Below, one piece after another: positions 9,096 through 19,099 of a stretch of DNA of 64,000 bases. The DNA is from Verrucomicrobiota bacterium (GTDB lineage Bacteria; Verrucomicrobiota; Verrucomicrobiia; Opitutales; Seribacteraceae): the NCBI GenBank assembly GCA_027622665.1, contig JAQBYT010000002.1, forward strand, positions 256,001-320,000. The letters are read 5' to 3'. The translations under genes were made by a program, and so were the position numbers. The notes under the pieces are model-generated. The model saw only the letters and a list, made by a program, of their open reading frames with translations, searched no databases and was not told where the DNA came from. The stretch's first letter is position 1. Every line of letters starts with the position of its first letter.

Positions 9096-11921
9096 ATGCA
9101 TTTCCCCGCGAATAGAGGCATTCTCCTCCTCGCCTTGGCCTTGCAGGTTACCCTTTTATCCGAAGCCAATCCGTTGGAGACACCGCTTGGGAAGCAGGCC
9201 TTTCAGCGCTTCGAGAAGTACTGCTTCGATTGCCATGACGAGGAGTCGAAGAAGGGAGACCTCGACCTAGTTGCTCTCTTGGAGAAAGGGGGCGACCACA
9301 CCCTGGCTTTCGAGAACCTGGTCACGGCGAAGATGCCGCCGAAAAACAAGAAGCAGCCAAGCGCGCAAGAGAAACGCTTGATGCTCGATTGGCTGGCTCG
9401 GCGCCAAGCCGAAAACAACCCCGATCCCTACCGCCGGATCAGTCGCCACGAGTTCATCCATTCGGCCAACGACCTCCTCGGTGTGGAACTCGACCTGACC
9501 GGGGAAATCCCTGAGGACCGCGGAACCAACGATTTCGATTCGGACCGTAGAATCAAGCTGACCAGGGAGATGCTCGCCTCCTATTTCTCGGTAGCCGATG
9601 AAATGCTCGAGTTCGCCTTGCCCGCCGAGGGCTTTCCTGCCGAGCGGACTTGGCTGACCAACAAGATCAAGGACAGCCACAAAACCTACAACCTCTATAC
9701 CCGCAAATACAAGGAGGGTATTCTCTTCTCTTGGACGCGAGCCAACAACGGGAATAGTTACTCCTTCTTCTACGACAACTTCGATCCGCCCGTCAAAGGA
9801 TGGTACGAGCTGACTTTTGATGCCATGAAGTTGGGAGACTTCCCTGAGGACGTCAGTCTCGAGGTTTTTGCGGGAAAATATTACTATGCGGATGATCGTC
9901 CGCAACCCCAGCGCCTCCTCGACGTCATCTCCCTGGGCAACCGGGAACTGAAGTCCCATAAGGTTAAAGTCTTTCTGCGTCCCGGGGAGAACGTTTCGGT
10001 GCACTGCTACTCGAAGCACAACTTCCGCCAAAGGAACGGGAACCAGGGGGCCTACGTAAAGCAACTGAAGGTTCGCGGTCCGATTCTCGACCAATGGCCG
10101 CCTACTTCCTATAAACAGATTTTTGGCGACCTGCCCCTGAAAACTCCCGTCAGGGAAGCAAAGGAGGTTTCCATGACCCAGACCAACCTCAAGGCCATCG
10201 GGGGAAACGTCACCGTGAGCAGTTTCCAGAAGGGAATGGAAATGGAAAGGATGTTGGACGGTTCCAACCGGACTTTCTGGCATACCCGCTTCAAGCCGAC
10301 CCTGGCCAAGCCCCCTCACCACGTCACCATTGAAAACCCTGACAGCAAGGAAATCGAGGGGCTCAATTACGCCACTTGGACGGGCGGCAATGGCAACGGG
10401 CAGGTCAAGGCATACGCCATCCATCTTTCGGAGGACGGAAAGAACTGGGGGCCTCCCATCCTAAAGGGCGACCTCGAGATCAGGCTAGCCAACGAACAAC
10501 CCATCCTCTTTCCAGAGAAAACCACCAAGCGCTTCATCAAGTTTCTCGTTGCCGATGCCCATTCGATTGACGGCAGGTCCATCGCTTCCATCGGCAAGCT
10601 CGACGTCATGACGTCTTTTTCGCCGAATGATTCCACGGCAAAGATAACCGTTTCCTCAAGCTCGCCCGATGAGCTCAAAAACGTGATCAAGCGTTTTGCC
10701 GAAAAGGCTTTCTCCTCGAGTTTGAGCGAGGAGGAACTGGCTCCTTACTACGGCGTAAGTCTGAACTCCTTGAAGGAACAGGGTGATTTCGTGCAAGCGG
10801 CCAAGCACGGGCTGAAGGCGGTTCTTTGTTCCCATCGTTTTCTGATGGCCCCCGGTGAACATGCCAACCAGTCCTACTCCAGGGCGGCCCACCTTGCCCG
10901 GATTCTTTGGCTTTCCGTCCCCGACGAAAAACTCCTCGGCCTATCGAAAACAAAAACGCTCTCCGCCCAAACGATTCCCGCTCAAATCGACCGCATGCTC
11001 AAGGACGAGAAGAGTCGGCGCATGATCCATTCCTTCTGTGACCAGTGGCTTAACCTCCGGTCCTTCGACAAGGTTACGCCCTCTCTCAAGCTTTATCCCA
11101 AATACGACGACCTGCTCAACCACTACCTTCCGATCGAGACCGAGGCTTATCTCGAGCATTTGATCCGGGAGAACCTGCCCGTCGGTTATCTGATTGATTC
11201 TGATTTTTCCATCCTCAATCAGCGCCTTGCCCAGCATTATGGGATAGAAGGCGTGATTAGTCAGGAGATGCGTAAAGTCTCATTCAAGCCGAGTGTCCCG
11301 CGCGGAGGGCTTTTAACCATGGGAAGTGTCCTCAAGGTGACGGCGGATGGGTTCGACACTTCGCCCATCCTGCGAGGGGCATGGATTTCGAAGAATATCG
11401 CCGGTAACACGCTATCGCCCCCTCCCGAAGATATTGAAGTCATCGAACCCGAACATGGCAAGGACGCCGCCACCCTGCGGGAGCAAATCGAGGTGCACAA
11501 GAACAACCAAGCGTGCTTCGCATGCCACAAGAGCATCGACCCGTACGGTTTCGCCCTCGAGAGCTTTGACGCCACCGGGCAATGGCGAGTCCGCTACCGG
11601 GTAAAGAAACCACATGGGGGAACTTTCCAATACAGGCCAAAAGGTTATTACGACCTGACTGGGGTGGTGGACCCGTCCGGGGAGATTGAAAAGGAAAAAT
11701 TCAAAGACATCTTCGGACTAAAAAAAATCCTGCTCTCCGATCACAAGAGGATCGCCTACAACTTCATCAAGAAACTTTTCGAGTACGCCAACGGCTACAA
11801 ACCAAGCCTCAATCAACGCCTCGACCTCTTTGCCCTGATCCCCGACGAACCAAACGAATGCCGCATGAAGGACTTGATCACGAAGACCCTGGTCTATTCA
11901 CTTGGAGATGCTCAAGAATGA
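9096..11921 (+). CDS. DUF1592/DUF1588/DUF1587/DUF1595 family di-heme protein with inserted F5/8 type C (CBM32) domain
   Basis: CFDCH near the N-terminus, RRISRHEF, FCDQWLNLR, RGGLLT, TSPILRGAW and CFACHKSIDPYGFALESFDATGQWR. Internal discoidin segment MLDGSNRTFWHT...SEDGKNW. Confidence 0.88.
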   Translation: MHFPANRGILLLALALQVTLLSEANPLETPLGKQAFQRFEKYCFDCHDEESKKGDLDLVALLEKGGDHTLAFENLVTAKMPPKNKKQPSAQEKRLMLDWLARRQAENNPDPYRRISRHEFIHSANDLLGVELDLTGEIPEDRGTNDFDSDRRIKLTREMLASYFSVADEMLEFALPAEGFPAERTWLTNKIKDSHKTYNLYTRKYKEGILFSWTRANNGNSYSFFYDNFDPPVKGWYELTFDAMKLGDFPEDVSLEVFAGKYYYADDRPQPQRLLDVISLGNRELKSHKVKVFLRPGENVSVHCYSKHNFRQRNGNQGAYVKQLKVRGPILDQWPPTSYKQIFGDLPLKTPVREAKEVSMTQTNLKAIGGNVTVSSFQKGMEMERMLDGSNRTFWHTRFKPTLAKPPHHVTIENPDSKEIEGLNYATWTGGNGNGQVKAYAIHLSEDGKNWGPPILKGDLEIRLANEQPILFPEKTTKRFIKFLVADAHSIDGRSIASIGKLDVMTSFSPNDSTAKITVSSSSPDELKNVIKRFAEKAFSSSLSEEELAPYYGVSLNSLKEQGDFVQAAKHGLKAVLCSHRFLMAPGEHANQSYSRAAHLARILWLSVPDEKLLGLSKTKTLSAQTIPAQIDRMLKDEKSRRMIHSFCDQWLNLRSFDKVTPSLKLYPKYDDLLNHYLPIETEAYLEHLIRENLPVGYLIDSDFSILNQRLAQHYGIEGVISQEMRKVSFKPSVPRGGLLTMGSVLKVTADGFDTSPILRGAWISKNIAGNTLSPPPEDIEVIEPEHGKDAATLREQIEVHKNNQACFACHKSIDPYGFALESFDATGQWRVRYRVKKPHGGTFQYRPKGYYDLTGVVDPSGEIEKEKFKDIFGLKKILLSDHKRIAYNFIKKLFEYANGYKPSLNQRLDLFALIPDEPNECRMKDLITKTLVYSLGDAQE

Positions 11922-13150
11922 GAACTATCAGCAGACAAGAATTCCTCAAGGCCGGGACGGCCCTGCCCCTTGCCCTGCAATCGCTTGACCTGCGGGCCGC
12001 CACCAAGCCGAAATCGACTGTTCCACCACGGCGGATCATTTTCATCTGTAGCTGCCTCGGCTTCTACGAGCCATACTTCTTCCCCAAGAAACGGGGAGAC
12101 CTTGGGACTTCCGATTACCTCAAGGGTATGAAGACCCGCGATAAGATGACGGTCTTCCAGAACTTGTTTCACCCCGGCATGGACACGAGCAACCACGACT
12201 CGGAAAAGTCCTTCCTTACGGGAAGCCTGAGTCCCGAATCGCCCACCTTCTCAAATGGGATCTCCCTGGACCAGGTACTGGCCCGCCAAATGGGAGGAGA
12301 TACCCGCTTCCCCTTCTTGAACTTCAGCATCTACGACCGGGGCTGGGGAATATCCTGGAATGACCGGGGCTCACCCATTCCCCCCATGCACGACGAGGAG
12401 AAGATTTTCGGGAAGCTCTTCAAGGAAGAGGATCTGCAAGCCAAGAAGCAACAACTTAGGAACGACCAGAACATCCTCGATTGCCTGCATCGCGACATGG
12501 CGCAGCTGCGCAAGCGGGGCTCTCAACCGGGCAAGCTGGACAGCTACAAGGCGGCCATCCGTGAACTGGAAGCCCAGCTGGATCATGAGAAGTTCTGGCT
12601 CAACGCCCAAAAGCCCAAGGTCGAGAAATCCCTCAGTGAGGACCGAGAGTTCGCCTTCTCGACCAAGATCAGCAACCTCTTCGAACTCGCGAAACTTGCT
12701 TTCCGGACCGACTCGACCCGCGTCATCACCCTCTCCATGGACTGGATCGACGGGGCTATCAAGGTGCCCGGGGCCACCGGCGGTTGGCACACCCTCTCCC
12801 ACCATGGTGGCAAGCCCAACATGATCGGCCAGTTGAGCAAGATCGAGATCGACACCCTCAAGCACTTCAACCGCTTCCTTTTCGAGATGGATCAGATTAA
12901 GGAAGGCGAGGGGACTTTGCTCGACCACACGACCGTGGTCATGGGAAGCAACTTCGGCGACTCATCCAATCACACCTGCAACAACCTCCCCATGATCGTG
13001 GCCGGGGGTGGGTATCGTCACCAAGCCCAAACGGTGCTCGAAAAGCCGACTCCGCTGTGCAACCTCTACCTCGAATTGCTCCACAAGCACGACGTCGACG
13101 CAGGCGCGTTTGGAAGTAGCCAGGAGGATATGGGGTTGCTCAAGGTGTGA
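11918..13150 (+). CDS. DUF1552 family protein
   Basis: ATGA overlap with the upstream stop. Tat-like SRQEFLK leader; ISLDQVLA, LAFRTDSTRVIT, HTLSHHG, TLLDHTTVVMGSNFG and NLPMIVAGGG. This is the usual partner of DUF1592 proteins. Confidence 0.9.
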   Translation: MRTISRQEFLKAGTALPLALQSLDLRAATKPKSTVPPRRIIFICSCLGFYEPYFFPKKRGDLGTSDYLKGMKTRDKMTVFQNLFHPGMDTSNHDSEKSFLTGSLSPESPTFSNGISLDQVLARQMGGDTRFPFLNFSIYDRGWGISWNDRGSPIPPMHDEEKIFGKLFKEEDLQAKKQQLRNDQNILDCLHRDMAQLRKRGSQPGKLDSYKAAIRELEAQLDHEKFWLNAQKPKVEKSLSEDREFAFSTKISNLFELAKLAFRTDSTRVITLSMDWIDGAIKVPGATGGWHTLSHHGGKPNMIGQLSKIEIDTLKHFNRFLFEMDQIKEGEGTLLDHTTVVMGSNFGDSSNHTCNNLPMIVAGGGYRHQAQTVLEKPTPLCNLYLELLHKHDVDAGAFGSSQEDMGLLKV

Positions 13151-13263
13151 CGGTAATTATCTCTCCAATCTGCAAAAGATTACACTGCTTGCTTTGGGAT
13201 CACTGAATAAATTCGACCCTTCAAGGGTCTTAACATACGATTATGCCTGATTTGAAAGGGACT

Positions 13264-13332
13264 ATGATCAATCGTAGAAAGATGCTTCAGGGGATGGCAG
13301 CAGCGGCTGTTGCCGCTCCACTGACACCATAG
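13264..13332 (+). pseudogene. Orphan twin-arginine signal peptide (gene remnant)
   Basis: GAAAGGGA RBS, then MINRRKMLQGMAAAAVAAPLTP-stop. Confidence 0.55.
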
Positions 13333-13411
13333 AAATGTGAAGGTGAAAATCTTAAACGTGAAATATTAACAAAAGGAAGCCAATAGTTTTGAAATTGGCT
13401 CAAGGAAAAAC

Positions 13412-15928
13412 ATGTTACTTGAAAAAAAAATCGAGAAGAGGAAAAGTTTACTTTACTACCTGATGTTCGTCGGGATCATGTTTCTCTTGCCAGAACATGT
13501 TGAAGCAAACGAATTTATTGTCAAAGACGGTAAAGCCGGAGCTGAAATTATCATTGCTGAAAATCCTACCCGCATGCAGAAACTTGCAGCAGAGGAATTG
13601 CAATTTTTTATTCATAAGATTAGCGGAGCCAACTTGAAGATCAGCACCTCGGTAACCGACGAGAACCTGGTGAAAATCTATGTAGGAAAAAGCAGCTACA
13701 CTGATGCGCTGAAGCATTCAACCGAGGGGCTTAAATATGATGCTTACCACATGATCTCCGGCAATGATTATCTTGTTTTATTGGGGAATGATGAGGATGC
13801 ATCGATGAAAGGCCCTGGTGATAACATCTATAAAAGAGATTCTAAGAGCAGCGAAGAAGCGACCGAAAAGTGGGATAAACTCGTCGGTCATAGTCGCTGG
13901 GTACTCCCGGGGAGGAGTCGATACCAAAGCTATAGCAGAGAACTCGGCGTGAGGTATAATGATCAGCGTGGGTCACTGATGGCGGTTTATGATTTGTTAA
14001 GAAGTTTGGGGGCCAGATGGTATTTCCCAGGTGAATTTGGCGAAGTTTTACCTCAAACAAAGACTATTGCTCTCCCGAAGGTTAAAAAGACAATCCATCC
14101 TGATTTTCCCATGCGTCAGATTACCGGATCTGCTTACAAATTTGGGAAAAGCAACAAGAGGCAAGCCCTCTGGATGATGAGACTTGGGTTGGGCGGGTTA
14201 GCTGTTAGCGGTGTGCATGGAATAAATAGTGTCATTCATCGTGATGAAACCCGCAATGACCACCCAGAGAGATTTCTTGTGACTAGAGGAAAGAGAGCCT
14301 CCGCTGGCCATGGAAAACCCTGCCTTTCTTCGAAGGGACTCCTTAAAGATAATATTGAATTCGTGCGTACCTTATTTGATGTTTACGGCAAGAAATCTGC
14401 TTCGGTTATGCCAACAGATGGTTATGTAGTATGTGGCTGTGATCTATGCAAAGGAAAATTTAATCCTGAGCTAGGAGCAAGAGGAGTGCAATCCAACCAT
14501 GTCTGGACTTATGTCAATAATGTCGCCAAAGAAGTGTATAAAACCCATCCTGATCGTAAAATCGTTTGCGCTGCGTATGGCTCCTATGTGGTTTCGCCCA
14601 GCAATATTGACCGAATGAGCCCCAATGTGTATGTCATGCTCAACAATGGGCGTGGAGGGTTTGTCGATCCAGAGCTTCGTGATTTATCCATAAGTCGACG
14701 AAATGAATGGTTGAAAAAGTTGACCAGTAAACAACCTTTCTCCACACATGGTAACTACACAATACTCGGAAATTCTCCTGTGCCAATGTACATACCGCAT
14801 ACGATAGCAAAAGATATACGTTCATTAAAAGGTATCTGTGTTGGCGAATACATCGAAGAGAACTGTCTCCGACCAGCTGAATTACGCGATGATCAGCCGG
14901 CCCCAGTTAAGTTAGCGATCAACCATCTCAATATTTATGTCACAGCTCGTTTATGGTGGGATGCAGATCAGGATATTGATGTTTTACTAAATGATTACTA
15001 TAAGAAGTTCTATGGTCCTGCAGAAAAGGGAATGAAGGCATTTTTTGAGTACTGTGAGGCAAATGTCAGGACTATGGCTAGGAGCAAAGAGCAAATACAA
15101 AAAGCCCTGGATCTTTTTGGTCTTGCAGAAGAAAAAGTTGATAAGAGTTCCATTTATGGTCAGCGGGTTGGATTGATCTCAAAATCTCTCGATTCATCTA
15201 GAAATTTACTCAGGCAGCTCTCCGTTGATCGAAGTAATGTTTCTAGGTTCAAACCCTTTCGATTTGATAGTGATAAGGAAATCGTCATCGATGGTGATCT
15301 TGAAGAGCCTTACTGGAAACGCACAAGGTTTGATCAATTGAAGAGTACGAATGTGAAAAACCATAAACCAAAAATTAAAACACTGCTTAAAAAAGGCATG
15401 TCTACATCATGCCTCTATTTGGCTTTGATTTGCGAGACTGAAGAGGGCAAGCAAACGGAAAAATTGAACAAAAAAAAGGATGACCCTAGTATATGGGAAG
15501 GTGAGTATGTTGATATTTTAATTGAGACCGATACGCATGCTTATTATCAGATCAGCATAAGCCCCAATGGAGAACTGGTTGACCTAAAAGTAAATGGCGA
15601 AAAGCAGGACTTCAGATGGAATTCTCTGGCAGAATACGCTATTAAAAAGAGTAAAAATCAATGGGTTTTAGAGATCAAGATACCATTTTTAACCAATAAC
15701 GGTGATCCAAACCATAAACTTGATGGGCGTTATCCGAAAGGTGATCAAGCTCCATGGTATATCAATGTAGGTCGGAAAAGAATCAAAGAGGGTAAACCCC
15801 TGCTTTGTTCAGTCGCTCATACCGGAGTAGACTCATTTCATGTCATCGAAAAGTTTGCCCGTTGTTTTACGGGTAAATCCAGTGCTGAAAGAGCAGCCAA
15901 AGCAACTGCAAAACCTATTCCGGAATAG
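13412..15928 (+). CDS. DUF4838 domain protein with N-terminal GH20/GH67-like N-domain and C-terminal CBM9-like domain
   Basis: FIVKDGKAGAEIII, LAAEELQ, LGARWYFPGEFGEV, PCLSS, CGCDLC, ARLWWDADQD, then IDGDLEEPYW...WVLEIKIPF. Visibly AT-richer than its neighbours. Confidence 0.8.
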   Translation: MLLEKKIEKRKSLLYYLMFVGIMFLLPEHVEANEFIVKDGKAGAEIIIAENPTRMQKLAAEELQFFIHKISGANLKISTSVTDENLVKIYVGKSSYTDALKHSTEGLKYDAYHMISGNDYLVLLGNDEDASMKGPGDNIYKRDSKSSEEATEKWDKLVGHSRWVLPGRSRYQSYSRELGVRYNDQRGSLMAVYDLLRSLGARWYFPGEFGEVLPQTKTIALPKVKKTIHPDFPMRQITGSAYKFGKSNKRQALWMMRLGLGGLAVSGVHGINSVIHRDETRNDHPERFLVTRGKRASAGHGKPCLSSKGLLKDNIEFVRTLFDVYGKKSASVMPTDGYVVCGCDLCKGKFNPELGARGVQSNHVWTYVNNVAKEVYKTHPDRKIVCAAYGSYVVSPSNIDRMSPNVYVMLNNGRGGFVDPELRDLSISRRNEWLKKLTSKQPFSTHGNYTILGNSPVPMYIPHTIAKDIRSLKGICVGEYIEENCLRPAELRDDQPAPVKLAINHLNIYVTARLWWDADQDIDVLLNDYYKKFYGPAEKGMKAFFEYCEANVRTMARSKEQIQKALDLFGLAEEKVDKSSIYGQRVGLISKSLDSSRNLLRQLSVDRSNVSRFKPFRFDSDKEIVIDGDLEEPYWKRTRFDQLKSTNVKNHKPKIKTLLKKGMSTSCLYLALICETEEGKQTEKLNKKKDDPSIWEGEYVDILIETDTHAYYQISISPNGELVDLKVNGEKQDFRWNSLAEYAIKKSKNQWVLEIKIPFLTNNGDPNHKLDGRYPKGDQAPWYINVGRKRIKEGKPLLCSVAHTGVDSFHVIEKFARCFTGKSSAERAAKATAKPIPE

Positions 15929-16032
15929 GAAAAGATAACTGACACGAGTGGCCAGTCCCTTTTGAATCCAACGGGAGTTTCACCCAAAGGTCGGGAGTTC
16001 GGTGCCGTCTAGGGAACGGAGAAATCCCGTTT

Positions 16033-16056
16033 CATATCGGGGACATATCGGGGACA
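16033..16056. repeat. 11-bp tandem direct repeat CATATCGGGGA x2
   Basis: catatcgggga-catatcgggga-ca read directly, followed by ggttcataaattga. Confidence 0.8.
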
Positions 16057-16076
16057 GGTTCATAAATTGATAAATT

Positions 16077-16379
16077 ATTATCGGAGACAAACTGATCATC
16101 ATGGCTGGCGGCAAGGGCACTTCGGTGGTGGCTCTCGACAAGCGAACCGGAAAAGAGACATGGAGGGCACGCACCTATGTCGTCATCGTCAAAGGGCACG
16201 AGGTTATCAATTCATTTCCGGGCATAAAGGTTCCTCTTTTTGGAAGAATCCTCAAACCCAAGCCGAGCTTCAACTACTTCATCCTGCACAACGGAAAGAC
16301 CCATTGCGCATGGCTGGGGGATTCGGCGGAAGCGAATCACCTCCGGAAGCTGGGGAAAAAGAAGGTCCGTGCACCGTAA
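16077..16379 (+). pseudogene. Chimeric remnant: one PQQ-like beta-propeller repeat fused to an unrelated tail
   Basis: IIGDKLIIMAGGKGTSVVALDKRTGKETWRA is a single PQQ-propeller blade; the rest shows no propeller pattern. Confidence 0.6.
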
Positions 16380-16565
16380 GAACAGGAGCGTCACCTCACA
16401 AGTAATTCAGAAGCGGTCAATCCTTTCCTTGCTCTGAACCCGGAGCGCGCGATCATTGCCCAATAGCGCCAAACGCATCCTTCTTTACCGGGATGGAATG
16501 GCCAATTGGGAAGGAGAAGACATTGCCCCTAATGAGGCGATCCCGGATTGATAGCCGTAGTCTTC

Positions 16566-17201
16566 CTAGAGAGACTTTGCCTTGATATTCTTTACCAGAA
16601 CGATGCTTCCGGGATCATGGGCCTGGATGCCGAAGGTGCCTTGTGAGAGCTTTCTCTTTCCTTTGACGTCTGAAGGTTCTTCGTAGACCACCACGGTCTT
16701 GCCGTCCACTTTGGTTTCGACGCGGTTGCCCTTTACGATGATTTCATAGTGGAACCATTCGTTGTCCTTGGCCGGGGCCTTTAAATTCTTCTTTACGATG
16801 TACACGCTGCCCGTCTTCACCGGATCCCTTTGGGTCTGATTGATCTGCGCTTCGTGCCCGACCGGCCAGCCCTTGTCCTGATACTTGGTGTGGAAAAAGA
16901 TTCCGCCGTTTGAACCCGGCTTGGTCATCACGTCGGCCTTGAAATGAAAATCCTTCACGTCCTTGCCCTTGCCGGAATAGTAGACCATCGATGGCTTGCC
17001 GTGGCACTTGATCGATCCGTCCTCCACGGAAATACTGTCGGGGTTCCATTTGTCGACTTTCCAGTCGGTCAGGTCCTTCCCGTTGAACAACAGTTTCCAT
17101 CCATCCGCTTTTTCGGATTTGGAGAGGGCGTTATCACCAGCCGTTACCACGGTGGCAAAGGAGAAAAGGGCGAGAAGAACAATAGGAAATAATTTTTTCA
17201 T
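16566..17201 (-). CDS. DUF1080 / 3-keto-disaccharide hydrolase-like protein
   Basis: Signal peptide, GWKLLFNGKDLTDW, SNGGIFFH, GHEAQIN and GIQAHDPGS. Confidence 0.9.
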   Translation of the reverse strand: MKKLFPIVLLALFSFATVVTAGDNALSKSEKADGWKLLFNGKDLTDWKVDKWNPDSISVEDGSIKCHGKPSMVYYSGKGKDVKDFHFKADVMTKPGSNGGIFFHTKYQDKGWPVGHEAQINQTQRDPVKTGSVYIVKKNLKAPAKDNEWFHYEIIVKGNRVETKVDGKTVVVYEEPSDVKGKRKLSQGTFGIQAHDPGSIVLVKNIKAKSL

Positions 17202-17398
17202 CCCAAACTGTTATTCGAACGACGAAGGAAAATCAATCGCACTGTTGTTGTTTTTCCCATTTTGAAAAACGGAAGCATGATTGGAACGATCGGTGAAACT
17301 GCATGTCACGTGACTTTCATCTCGTTATTTTGAAACTTTTAGTAAGAAATTCGGTGCTTAAGACATTTGATCTTTGTATTCTATTATCTATAGTAACC

Positions 17399-17593
17399 AT
17401 GCGTATGCAGTTGAATTTCAATCGTCGTAGATTTCTCCGCGGCGCCGGGGTTCTCATTGCCCTGCCCGCGCTTGAATCAATCGGGTTTCGCCGTTTCGCG
17501 TCCGCCGCCACCCAGGCTTCCGTTGCCATTCCCAAACGAGCGGATTCTCCTCTTGGACAAGGAAGTCAAACATGGGCGCAGCTCGCCCGGTAA
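17399..17593 (+). pseudogene. 5' remnant of a DUF1552 gene
   Basis: MRMQLNFNRRRFLRGAGVLIALPALES...PKR is the typical DUF1552 N-terminus; similarity ends and a stop follows. Confidence 0.7.
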
Positions 17594-17662
17594 AGCGGTA
17601 CCCAATGACCGTGAGGTCACTTTCCTGCCCGGAGGCGTGGCAATGCCTTGAGTGAATTGAGG

Positions 17663-18955
17663 CTATACATATTCGTTGGATAGTTCTTTCTCAGAGCTTA
17701 AAGTTTTCCAATGCTCGTCTTTTTTTATTTGGGGGTATAACCGTCTTACGATAACGAGTGAAATCACAATTAATGGGATGGCAAAGGTGAAACTCATTGC
17801 ATACCCACCATAGGCTGCAATTAAGTAGCTCGCACTGGCTCCAAGCATCATAGCGAAAACGCCGATGCAATCCATACAGGTATAATCTGTTCCTCCATGC
17901 CTTTTTCTGCTCCAATCCATCATCAAGGAAAAAAGGGCGACGGTTGTCATACCGGAAATCAGATGGTCAACGATTACTACCGGTAGAAGGATCGACATGT
18001 TCGTCCCTTCGGAACCAATACTCAGAATCAGGTAACCGCAAGCGGAGAGAACCTGCAGTGCTCCGAATACAAGCAAGGAACGAAGCCGTCCAAGTCGATT
18101 CACAAAAAGACCGGCCGTCAATGCCCCTCCCAATGCGGCAACTGGAGCAATGATCCCAAGAGTCAAACCAATTTCCTCAAAGTCCATTCCCCAGTCCTTG
18201 AACATAGTCGGGAGCAATGATCGAATGAAGCCTTCCAGCATCCGAAAGGCTGCAACCAAAGCAAGAACCTTGATTACTTTTGGTTGCCCTAAAAAATCTC
18301 GTAGACCGTTGAAGGTCTTGGCGGAGCCGTTATTTGAAAAAGACTGATTGTCCAAGATCGAACCTCTTGAAATTAGAATTGGAATAGTAGCCAGTAAGGT
18401 TATCACGGCCATGGCCACCAACAAGGTGCTCCAACCGAGGGCATTCATAAGCATGAGAATTAATCCTCCGCCTGCGACATAGCCGATCCAAAAGGTTCCG
18501 ACTTGAATGGCATTCCCCCAGCCTCGTTCGCTGTAGCCTAGAATTTGAACGGCGTGCCCATCAGTAGAGACATCCTGAATCGAGCTGAATATATTGATCA
18601 TGGCAACTCCAAGGACAAAGGTGGAGATAGATGCCCCGAACTGCCAATTGGCCAAGGCCACCATGGCCCCAGCGGTTAAAACCTGTAGTGGGATGATCCA
18701 TGACCTATATTTCCCTTGTTTTTGTGAGTGAAAACGCTCGACGAAAATTGACCAAATGAATTTCAGCACCCAAGGTGCATACAGGGCTGGGTAGAAAAGA
18801 GCTATTTGCTCAAGAGAAGCTCCACTATCTCTAAACACTACGGGGACCGTGTGCCGAAAGAAGCCGTTGGGAATACCTTGCGAGAAATACAAAGCCCCTA
18901 TCAGAACAAGCTTTGAGGGGAAATTGAGATGCATCTGTTTATATGTGAATTTCAC
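17663..18955 (-). CDS. MFS transporter, AmpG / RhtX-FptX family
   Basis: LYFSQGIPNGF, APWVLKFIWS, SWIIPLQ, SSIQDVSTDG and GTDYT; about 12 hydrophobic segments. Start is GTG 18955 or ATG 18934. AT-richer than its neighbours. Confidence 0.85.
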   Translation of the reverse strand: MKFTYKQMHLNFPSKLVLIGALYFSQGIPNGFFRHTVPVVFRDSGASLEQIALFYPALYAPWVLKFIWSIFVERFHSQKQGKYRSWIIPLQVLTAGAMVALANWQFGASISTFVLGVAMINIFSSIQDVSTDGHAVQILGYSERGWGNAIQVGTFWIGYVAGGGLILMLMNALGWSTLLVAMAVITLLATIPILISRGSILDNQSFSNNGSAKTFNGLRDFLGQPKVIKVLALVAAFRMLEGFIRSLLPTMFKDWGMDFEEIGLTLGIIAPVAALGGALTAGLFVNRLGRLRSLLVFGALQVLSACGYLILSIGSEGTNMSILLPVVIVDHLISGMTTVALFSLMMDWSRKRHGGTDYTCMDCIGVFAMMLGASASYLIAAYGGYAMSFTFAIPLIVISLVIVRRLYPQIKKDEHWKTLSSEKELSNEYV

Positions 18956-19003
18956 TAAGTTCTAATTTTTGAAAGTAAAGGAATTACAAGTCGTCACTCT
19001 GCT

Positions 19004-19099
19004 TCATTATCATATTCAAGTTTAATGATTTTCCTTTTCTTGGAAAATAAATTTCAGACTTTTTGAAATTACGGAAAGTTGATAATGAGTTTGACAATT
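19004..19099. promoter_or_regulatory. Possible Fur-box-like sites upstream of the MFS gene
   Basis: GATAATGAGTTTGACAATT at 19081-19099 matches the 19-bp Fur consensus at 12/19; half-site TCATTATC at 19004-19011. The AT-rich context makes chance matches likely. Confidence 0.2.
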
